Source of the DNA: Parcubacteria group bacterium
Lineage (GTDB): Bacteria; Patescibacteriota; Minisyncoccia; Phycocordibacterales; DATDWN01
Direction of reading: 5' to 3'
NCBI GenBank assembly: GCA_035438705.1
Contig: DAORIV010000001.1
Coordinates: forward strand, 43,593-107,592
Length of the DNA: 64,000 nucleotides
Shown here: positions 27,977-36,900 of the stretch, piece by piece
Layout: every line of letters begins with the position of its first letter
How positions within the stretch are numbered: the stretch's first letter is position 1
Made by a program: the position numbers and the translations under genes
The notes under the pieces: generated by a model
Seen by the model: only the letters and a program-made list of their open reading frames with translations
Database searches by the model: none
What the model was told of the DNA's origin: nothing

Positions 27977-28513
27977 TTATGCTCGTTCTATCACAATACT
28001 TAGTCCCTTAGGAGACTTTTTGGCAGGGTCAGCCACTTTGTATTCCTCAGTTATTAACTTTAGAACTCTCGCCATTCTTTCCTCTAGGAACTTAATATCC
28101 ATGTATTTAGTCCTTCCTGGCAAAAATAGGTCTATTTTTATACGATTTCCTTCCTTTAGCCAGCTACTTGCTTTTTTAGCCTTTAGCTCTAGGTCGTGGT
28201 CCCCAGTACCTACTTTTACCTGTATATTCTTGACTTCTACAGTATGAGCCTTGGTTTTAGCCACCTTTAGCTTCTTGTTTTCGGCATACTGAAATTTACC
28301 ATAATCCATGATTTTTGCAACTGGTGGAATGGCTTTTGGCGATATTTCAATAAGATCCATTGCTAGCTCTCTTGCTTTGTCTAAAGCTTCTTTGAAGGAG
28401 ATAACTCCAAGGTTTGAACCGTCCTCGAGTATTACACGTAGTTCTGGTGCTTGGATTTGGTTATTTATTCTTATGTGTGTGGACAATTTATTGTTATTTA
28501 ATATTAAAATCAA
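27977..28513 (-). CDS. infC: translation initiation factor IF-3 (non-ATG start likely)
   Basis: IF-3 N and C domains (INNQIQAPELRVIL...), classic infC-rpmI-rplT operon. Confidence 0.9.
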   Translation of the reverse strand: MILILNNNKLSTHIRINNQIQAPELRVILEDGSNLGVISFKEALDKARELAMDLIEISPKAIPPVAKIMDYGKFQYAENKKLKVAKTKAHTVEVKNIQVKVGTGDHDLELKAKKASSWLKEGNRIKIDLFLPGRTKYMDIKFLEERMARVLKLITEEYKVADPAKKSPKGLSIVIERA

Positions 28514-28633
28514 TTATGAATATAACACATTTATTTGGTGTTTACAATGAACTTTAACTTTAGTCTATTGCCTACCTTTTAAAAAAGTATATGATTATAG
28601 TTATTATAAGAATTTAATATTTCATCAAACAAT

Positions 28634-29203
28634 ATGAAGAATTCACTAATTTGGGCAGGGGTTATCGTAGTTATACTAGGTCTATTTATTTGGAGGATGG
28701 GTCAGGATACAAATACAAGCTTAGACTCTACCTTGGAAACACAAGAAGTCAGCACAACAACTGAAAAAGTTACTAAAACTCAACCTGTTGCAACAAAACC
28801 TGCGCCAGTAACTGGGATGAAAGTATCTCTAGGAGGAATTTTTGCTGAAAAGGGTAACTATCAATGTGATTATGAGCAAGCTACTCAACAAAATAGAAGT
28901 AAACATGTCATTTATATTTCAAATGGAAAAATGCGAGCAGAGTTTAGGACTTCTGAGGGTCTAAATAGTGATAATACATTAATGGTTTATGATGGTAGAT
29001 ACTTGTATGTTTGGACAGAAGGTAAGTCAACTGGAACTATTTCAGAACCAAAAACTATAAAAGATCTTCCTTCTCTAATACCAGAGGATATAAGTAGTGG
29101 AAGAATACTTGGCTCAGGTATAAATAATGTAAGTTGGAACTGTCACGCTTGGTCACTTGATAAGAGTAAGCTTGTACCGCCATCTTACGTGAGGTTTAAC
29201 TAA
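28634..29203 (+). CDS. hypothetical membrane-anchored/secreted protein (189 aa)
   Basis: N-terminal TM/signal anchor, Thr-rich linker. Confidence 0.5.
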   Translation: MKNSLIWAGVIVVILGLFIWRMGQDTNTSLDSTLETQEVSTTTEKVTKTQPVATKPAPVTGMKVSLGGIFAEKGNYQCDYEQATQQNRSKHVIYISNGKMRAEFRTSEGLNSDNTLMVYDGRYLYVWTEGKSTGTISEPKTIKDLPSLIPEDISSGRILGSGINNVSWNCHAWSLDKSKLVPPSYVRFN

Positions 29204-29245
29204 TAATACCATAAAACCACCTCTACGGTGGTTTTATGGTATTAT
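29203..29245 (+). terminator. terminator with long stem (ATACCATAAAACCACC-TCTA-CGGTGGTTTTATGGTAT)
   Basis: core AAAACCACCTCTACGGTGGTTTTA repeats at 31587. Confidence 0.6.
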
Positions 29246-29274
29246 TAGAATATTAAAATTTAATTAATCAAAAT

Positions 29275-31581
29275 ATGAATTTTAGGATTCTCTTTTTATT
29301 TGCGTTCATACTTTTAACAACACCATTTCATGTTCAAGCTAAAGATTTGTACGTAGACCCAAATGGAAATGATGCTGTTTCTTATGCAAACAACTCAGCA
29401 TCGACTCCTTGGAGAACTATCGGTCGTGCGGCATGGGGAAGTACGAATAGAGAGGCAAGAAATGGTTCTGAGGCCGCTAGAGCAGGAGATATTGTTATAG
29501 TTAATGCTGGCACATATACAGGAGTCGGAACGAACTCTAGAAATGAAATTTTGTATTACCAAGAAAACAATGGTACAGCTGGGAATCCTATTACGTTCAG
29601 AGCAAATGGTACTGTAAATCTAACTCAGACAGGGGCGGGTGCAATGATAGGTTCATACAGAAGAAATTATATTGTATGGGATGGTTTCACAATAAATGAA
29701 GCAACTGCAGCATCTGTGGCTGATACTGGCCCTGTTACAGTGTATGAGTGTACTGGATGTGTATTGCAAAACTTAAATATAAATGGGAACGGAGATGGAA
29801 ACGGCAGAATGGACAACCACAATGGAATTAGAATTGAAGCATCAAATAATATAACTATAAAAAATAATAGAATTCAAAATGTTTACACAGATCACAATGT
29901 TTATAACGGTGCTTGTGTTATGACATACTCCAGTCAGGGTCTGACTATTGAAAACAACCATTTTTCTGAATGTGGTTCAGGTGTGTTTATAAAAGGAGGT
30001 CCGTTCGGATCTCAAATCACAAACACTTCATATATAAGATACAACCTTTTTGAAAATGTGTATGAAAATAGAGGAGGGGATCTTTCTGGCGGTTGTATAG
30101 CACTTCATGCTGGGGCACCATATTCTGCATCAGCACCAATTCTTATATATCAAAACATCATGAAAAATTGTGGTTGGGCAGGTGTGAGAATATGGGCTTT
30201 TGATAGCACTAATCCGCTAAACAATCCGACTAACGCAAAAATATTTAACAATGTAATAGATAATGCTACAAACGGTATTTGGGTTACAGGAGGCCTTTTA
30301 ACAAATGCTGGTCATCAGTTTTGGAATAACATTATTACAAATACTACTGGAGATGCTATAGCATTTGGAACAACCCCATCAGAAAATGTAAAGAGTCGTT
30401 TTGATTCTGAACACAACCTATTCTATAGCAATTCTAGTATTGCTCAAGATGCTCCAGGAACTAGATATACTTTGGCAACATGGAAAGCAACCGGCCAAGA
30501 TTCTGCTTCGCCTGAGTCTGTAAACGCAAATCCACTATTTATAGGTCCATCATCAAATAATTATAGACTTCAGTCTGGTTCACCAGCATCATCTCTGGGT
30601 AGAGCTATATATGGAATTGGTGGTGTAACTGGTGCTGTAATACCTGTTGGAGCATATATAACAGGCAGTGAGCTGATTGGAATATCTAATGGAGGCAATA
30701 TACAAAACTCTAATCCAATTACACCAGTAACACCAGCCCCGACAGCAGATATTAGGATAAATAATTCCTCAACGGGTGTAAGTGTTAATGTGGGAACTTC
30801 AGTCGTTATTTCTTGGACATCAACTAATGCTACTTCTTGTACTGTTTCACCTAGCTCATGGAGTGGAACAGCTGGGACACAAACTGTCACCCCTATTTCA
30901 AGTGCCACTTATACCATTTCTTGTTCTGGTGCGGGTGGTTCGGTAACTGATTCTGTTTCAGTGACCGTAAATCCTGTTGTTGTAGATCCGGTACCAGTTA
31001 CTCCAGTTGCAACATCTACAGAAGAGTGGGTATTTTGTTCGAATGAAAATGGAACATGTACTTTTTCTGGAACTAAGGATGTTAGATATGGAGCACAAAA
31101 TTCATATAATATAAGAACAGTAACTGGTTCAATAGGATGTAACAATGATGTTTTTGGAGACCCTATTTTAAATGTCGTAAAGCAATGTCAATATAAAAAT
31201 ATTGTCACAAATACTACACCCACAACTACAACTCCAACAACTCCGACTGCCACAACAACTACTAGTAATGATAATTTAATTAAGGTTGGAGATAGAATAA
31301 AAACAACAGCTACAATAAATGTAAGATCATCTGCTGGGGGAAGAATTGTGGGTACTCAAAGAACTGGTAGGGTAGGAAGTGTTACCACAGGACCTTCTAC
31401 AGTTAGTAGGAGGGATTGGTTTAGAGTTAATTTTGAATCAGGAGTAGATGGTTGGGTTGCGGTGGATTATATAACTAAAATTTCTACAACCACACTTTCT
31501 CAAGAAGAAATATTAAATCAAATTGCAAATCTGTTCATACTTATTAAACAACTTCAACAACAACTTAATAATCTAAGATAA
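29275..31581 (+). CDS. secreted multidomain protein: signal peptide, right-handed parallel beta-helix (pectate-lyase-like), PKD/Ig-like domain, T/P linker, SH3b-like domain, C-terminal amphipathic helix
   Basis: beta-helix repeats (NNRIQN, NNHFSE, IMKN...), WTSTNATSCTVS..YTISCSGAGGS Ig-like, WFRVNFESGVDGWV SH3b-like. Confidence 0.65.
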   Translation: MNFRILFLFAFILLTTPFHVQAKDLYVDPNGNDAVSYANNSASTPWRTIGRAAWGSTNREARNGSEAARAGDIVIVNAGTYTGVGTNSRNEILYYQENNGTAGNPITFRANGTVNLTQTGAGAMIGSYRRNYIVWDGFTINEATAASVADTGPVTVYECTGCVLQNLNINGNGDGNGRMDNHNGIRIEASNNITIKNNRIQNVYTDHNVYNGACVMTYSSQGLTIENNHFSECGSGVFIKGGPFGSQITNTSYIRYNLFENVYENRGGDLSGGCIALHAGAPYSASAPILIYQNIMKNCGWAGVRIWAFDSTNPLNNPTNAKIFNNVIDNATNGIWVTGGLLTNAGHQFWNNIITNTTGDAIAFGTTPSENVKSRFDSEHNLFYSNSSIAQDAPGTRYTLATWKATGQDSASPESVNANPLFIGPSSNNYRLQSGSPASSLGRAIYGIGGVTGAVIPVGAYITGSELIGISNGGNIQNSNPITPVTPAPTADIRINNSSTGVSVNVGTSVVISWTSTNATSCTVSPSSWSGTAGTQTVTPISSATYTISCSGAGGSVTDSVSVTVNPVVVDPVPVTPVATSTEEWVFCSNENGTCTFSGTKDVRYGAQNSYNIRTVTGSIGCNNDVFGDPILNVVKQCQYKNIVTNTTPTTTTPTTPTATTTTSNDNLIKVGDRIKTTATINVRSSAGGRIVGTQRTGRVGSVTTGPSTVSRRDWFRVNFESGVDGWVAVDYITKISTTTLSQEEILNQIANLFILIKQLQQQLNNLR

Positions 31582-31616
31582 AAAATAAAACCACCTCTAC
31601 GGTGGTTTTATTTTTG
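31581..31616. terminator. bidirectional terminator AAAACCACC-TCTA-CGGTGGTTTTATTTTT
   Basis: identical core to the 29215 terminator; flanked by convergent genes. Confidence 0.6.
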
Positions 31617-32654
31617 GATGTGTTGAGTGATGCTGTAAATTGGTGAGATTATTGATATGGAGACGAACCCGATTATAATACCTACAATTATCATCATGAT
31701 TGGCTCAATTAGACTCGAGATATTTTTGGTGAATTCATCTATTTCCTGTTCATAATTTTTTGAGACGTAAATCAAAGATTCCGAAAGATTCCCGCTTTTT
31801 TCACCAGATGAAATTAATGCTGTCATTTCGTGAGGGAATAAAAAATTATTTTTTTGAGTATAAGAAGATAGTTGTTCGCCTTTTTCTGATATAGAAAGTA
31901 ATTTCTTTAGTTCTTTTTTGTATATGATATTTTGAGTGGTCCTTTCGGTTACAAGTATGCCTTCACTAAGAGACATACCACTCTGGAGTAGAACCCCGAG
32001 AGTCCTTGTTATGTTGCTTAATATGTATTTTTTTATAACATCACCTATAACAGGTGTAGATAGTGTTTTGTAGAAAGTAAAATATCTCACTCTTTTGTTG
32101 TTTTTAAGTATATATAATAATCCCAAGATAATTAATATTGTTAAGAGTAACAATATTAACCAATTATTTAGCACAAAACTACTAGTGTAGATTAGTATTT
32201 TTGTTGATGTCGGTATCTCAATGTTCATAGTTTTAAAAACCGGGGTAATTTTGGGAAATAAGTATACTATTAGAAAAATAGTAATACACAGTGTAGATAA
32301 ACCGATAACTATTGGATAAATAAGAGAGTTTATTAATTTTTTTCTGATCAAGTTTTTCTTTGTGATTTCCTCTGTGAGATATTCAAGATTTTCACTTAAG
32401 GTTCCACTTGATTCTCCATAATCAATAATATTTATACTAAACTCATTAAATACTTTTGGAAACCTAGCAAGACTTTTTGATAATTTTTTACCATTAGATA
32501 TGTCGGTGATTAGATGATTAATAATGGTTGAATGTTTTTTAGTAGACTGTTTTTGTATAGTACTTAAACTATCTATCAAACCCAAACCAGCTTTTGTAAG
32601 AAAAGTGAGTCTTTTGAAAAAAAATATCTGGTCACTATTTTTCATATTATTCAT
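31608..32654 (-). CDS. GspF/PilC-family platform protein, short (ComGB-like)
   Basis: T2SSF-like domains, 3 TM segments, 348 aa. Confidence 0.7.
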   Translation of the reverse strand: MNNMKNSDQIFFFKRLTFLTKAGLGLIDSLSTIQKQSTKKHSTIINHLITDISNGKKLSKSLARFPKVFNEFSINIIDYGESSGTLSENLEYLTEEITKKNLIRKKLINSLIYPIVIGLSTLCITIFLIVYLFPKITPVFKTMNIEIPTSTKILIYTSSFVLNNWLILLLLTILIILGLLYILKNNKRVRYFTFYKTLSTPVIGDVIKKYILSNITRTLGVLLQSGMSLSEGILVTERTTQNIIYKKELKKLLSISEKGEQLSSYTQKNNFLFPHEMTALISSGEKSGNLSESLIYVSKNYEQEIDEFTKNISSLIEPIMMIIVGIIIGFVSISIISPIYSITQHIQK

Positions 32655-33867
32655 TTGTTACTCTGAGTATTTCATCTATGGTTGTGACTCCATTCATAAC
32701 TTTTTCCAGCCCATCCATTAGTAGTGTTTTTGTATTGTTTCCTAAAGCAATTTTTTTCAATTCATTTAAACTTTTTTTATCATGAATTGCTTCTCTAATT
32801 TTATCGTCAATTATTAGTATTTCGTTAATTGAAATTCTTCCAGAGTATCCGCTCATACCACATCTTTTGCAACCCTCACCACGATATAAATTTATTACAT
32901 CTTCTGTCCTGTGGGATTTAATGAATTTTTTGTCTATATCGTTAGGTTTATATGTTGATTTACAGTATGTACATATTTTCCTAACCAATCTTTGTCCAAT
33001 TACAAGACTTAGTGTGGATGAAATTAAATACTCTTCAACACCCATATCAATTAGTCTGGGTATTGTGCCTATGGCATCATTTGTATGAATGGTCGATAAG
33101 AGTAGATGTCCTGTGAGAGCCGTATTTACTGCAATTCCAGCTGTTTCTTTGTCTCTTATTTCTCCAACCATTATAATATTGGGGTCTTGGCGCAAAATAC
33201 TCCTAAGTCCGTTTGCAAAACCAAGTCCATTTTTAGTATTAACTTGTATTTGTTCTACATCATCTATTGCATATTCAATAGGGTCTTCTATGGTCACAAT
33301 TGAAACATCAGGGGAATTAAGTAAATTTATTAAAGAATATAAGGTTGTAGTTTTTCCGGAACCTGTTGGTCCAGTAGCTAGTACCATGCCGTGAGGTTTT
33401 TTAAGGCATCTTATAATTTTTTCTTGATCACTATCACTAAAACCTAATTGTTTTAGCGTCACTTTTTGATTGTCCGTTGATAAAAGTCTCATTACTACAT
33501 TTTCTCCATAGTATGTTGGTACCATAGAAACTCTAATATCAACAAAATTATCTGGCTCAACAATAGAATATCTAAAACGTCCATCTTGTGCAGTTTGATG
33601 TTCATCAGTGCGTAGTTTACAGAGAACTTTAATTCTGGAAATTATTTCTTCATGAGTTTTCTTTGGGAGAAAAAATGGTTTTTGTAAAACCCCATCAATT
33701 CTAAATCTTACTTTTACAGTATCTGAGTTTGGGTCAATGTGGATATCTGAGACCTTATTTTTAATTGCTTTTTCAATTAGGTATTCAATTAGGTTTATGA
33801 TAGAAATATCTAGGTTTTCTTCAATTTCCTTTTCTAGTTGAGCCTGTTTTTCCTCAATGTTGGGCAT
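32647..33867 (-). CDS. GspE/PilB-family secretion ATPase, short form lacking N-terminal domain (ComGA-like)
   Basis: Walker A ATGPTGSGKTTTLYS, Asp box, Walker B, C-terminal CxxC pairs; 406 aa. Confidence 0.8.
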   Translation of the reverse strand: MPNIEEKQAQLEKEIEENLDISIINLIEYLIEKAIKNKVSDIHIDPNSDTVKVRFRIDGVLQKPFFLPKKTHEEIISRIKVLCKLRTDEHQTAQDGRFRYSIVEPDNFVDIRVSMVPTYYGENVVMRLLSTDNQKVTLKQLGFSDSDQEKIIRCLKKPHGMVLATGPTGSGKTTTLYSLINLLNSPDVSIVTIEDPIEYAIDDVEQIQVNTKNGLGFANGLRSILRQDPNIIMVGEIRDKETAGIAVNTALTGHLLLSTIHTNDAIGTIPRLIDMGVEEYLISSTLSLVIGQRLVRKICTYCKSTYKPNDIDKKFIKSHRTEDVINLYRGEGCKRCGMSGYSGRISINEILIIDDKIREAIHDKKSLNELKKIALGNNTKTLLMDGLEKVMNGVTTIDEILRVTNE

Positions 33868-33942
33868 GTTGGGTAGGGTTATTCACCGAACTCTACTCCC
33901 ATTCAAAGGTAAACACAAGTATTTGATGATACAATTGTCTTT

Positions 33943-36900
33943 ATGAAAAAAGTATATTTTATTGTATTTATATTGGGAGCATTATTGTTTAATAATTCAG
34001 TTTATTCTGCAACTGCGACATTTCAACACGGGGTCAATGGTTATACGGGTGGAGAGGACTTAGAAATAAGTAGTGATAACCCAAATACCAATTATATTTC
34101 AGGAGGAAGTAATTATTCTGATAGAAGTGGACTGCGTTTCTGTGGTTCGAAGTGTAATAAAATACTCTTACGTTTTAATTCTCTTGGAATAACGGGCAAC
34201 ATAACAAATGTTAGGCTCGAACTAAAAGAAAGTGGAAGACAAGGTGGGGCAAGTAATATATATGCATATAAAATATCTAAAAATGACTGGGTAAATAGTC
34301 AAACTACTTGGAATACATATAAGACTGGAAGCAATTGGGCATCTGCAGGAGGTGATATAGGTTCAGTATTATCTACAATATCTGCACCTGGGACAAACAA
34401 TTGGGCTAGTTTTGATCTCGGTGCAAACTGGACTATTACAGAATTACAACAAAATGGTATATTAATTGATACTGATATACCCGGATGGAATTATGTCTGG
34501 TTTTATACGAATGAGGCAAGTAATGTAACTGATAGACCAAAACTTATTGTTACCTATGATGGAACAACTCCCACAACCCCAACAACTCCAGCTCCAACTG
34601 TTACAATTTCTGCTTCACCTACATCTATAACTTCAGGTGGAAGTTCAACACTAACTTGGTCTTCAACAAATGCGACATCTTGTACTGCAAGTGGTTCATG
34701 GACTGGAAGTAGAGGAACTTCAGGAACACAATCAACTGGAACACTTACAACAAACTCAACTTTTACACTTTCATGTAGTGGAGCTGGGGGCACAACGAAT
34801 CAGTCTGTCACAGTAATTATCAATTCAACAACACCAGTAACACCAACATCTGGAGGATTAGAAATAGATCTTTCTTATGTAAATCAAAGTTCTCCAGAGT
34901 TTATAAGATTTAAGTCTGTAGTAGATGCTGCGTTAGCTGGAAATCCTGATTATGGTTTTTCAGGCGAACATGCTGCTCTTATGTATAAAATTACTGGTGA
35001 TGTAAGGTATGCTGATTATGCCATCGGTTTTATTGAGAATTGCCAAAATTCAAGATACGCAGGTGCTAATTGTGGAGTACAAGGTGCTGAAGCTTTAATT
35101 TCTAATGGAAACAGACCTCCAGTTGCTGGGGATTCGTATCTTGAAGTTGGTGATATTATAGGTTCTCTTGCACTTGTATATGATTGGGCTGGGTCTAGAA
35201 TGACACAATCTCAGAAAACAAGATGGGCTAATTATGCAAACCAGACAATTTATAATGTTTGGAATCCGAATCAAGCTTCATGGGGAGGAGTATCTCATCC
35301 CTGGACAGGATGGTCTATAAATAATCCTGGAAATAACTATTATTACAGTTTCGTTCAAGCGACAATGTACTGGGCTCTTGCAACAAATGATACAACACTA
35401 CTTTCTTTTGTTAGAAATCAAAAATTACAACCTTTGGTAAATTATTTCAATCAAATCCCAGGTGGAGGAAGTCTTGAAGGAACTGGTTACGGAACTGCTC
35501 ATATGAGAATGTTTCATCTGTATCAGGTCTGGAAAGATTCAACAGGAGAGGATCTTGCAAATGCGAATAGCCACTTAACAGATAGTATAAGACTTTGGTT
35601 ACATCAAACAACACCAAATAGAGCTTATTATGCACCAATAGGAGATTTATCTAGAAGTTCTTTCCCAGATCTATTTGATTATCATAGAAGACTTGTGCTT
35701 GAAGCTCGTAATCTAACAAATAATAACTCTGCAAAAGATACTGCTTCATGGTGGTTAAATAATATTTCTGTGACACAAATGTCTAGACGTATTGATTCTC
35801 AATATGATTTATTACCGAAAGGAATAAATACTAGTGTTGCGCCAAATGAACCTCTGTCATATAGAGCAAGCGGGATAGGTAGAGTATTTGCTAGAACAGG
35901 TTGGGATACAAATGCATTATGGATGTCATTTGCTGCAGGAAAATATAATGAAAGTCACGCACATCAAGATCAAGGATCGTTTACTTTAGCAAACAATGCA
36001 TGGCTTGCTGTTACAAATAATATTTATACGAATAGTGGAATTGAGCAGTCAACCGATTACCACAATATTATCAGATTTGTTCAAAATGGATCAGTAGTCC
36101 CACAAAGAGAGGGTACTGAATCTGTGATGACAGTAAATCAACTTGGAACAAATGGTGAAGTAGATGTAACTGGAAATATCACTCCAGCTTATGGAGGAAG
36201 TTCAGCTGTCCAAAGTTGGGTTAGAAATATTAGATTTTCTGGAAGGAAACTCACAGTTAATGATGGCTTTTCTGTGGCAGCAGGGACTCAAGCAATATTT
36301 CAAATTCATGTACCTGTTCAACCTGTCGTGAGTGGAAACACAATAACAGCAGGTAATTTAAGAGTAAGAGTCCTTGTTCCAGCATCTCCTACGATAACAG
36401 TAGTAAATCAAGGTAGGTATAGAATTGATATAAGTGGTGGAACAAATCAATATGTTGTCGAACTTTCGGATCAAGCAATTACTGGTACGACGATAATACC
36501 AGCACCCCCAGTTTCAGGTAGTCCAACAACTCCCACAACCCCAACAACTCCAGCTCCAACTGTTACAATTTCTGCTTCACCTACATCTATAACTTCAGGT
36601 GGAAGTTCAACACTAACTTGGTCTTCAACAAATGCGACATCTTGTACTGCAAGTGGTTCATGGACTGGAAGTAGAGGAACTTCAGGAACATTGTCTGTAA
36701 CCCCCACAACAACATCAACATATACATTGTCTTGTACAGGCATAGGCGGAAGTATAAATCAATCTACTACAGTTACAGTGAATACTGTGATTCCGACAAC
36801 ACCAGCATCAACACTATTTACATCAGGTCAAAGAGTTCAAACAACAGCCAACCTAAATGTTAGAGCAACTGCTTCATCAAACGGAACACTACTAGGCACG

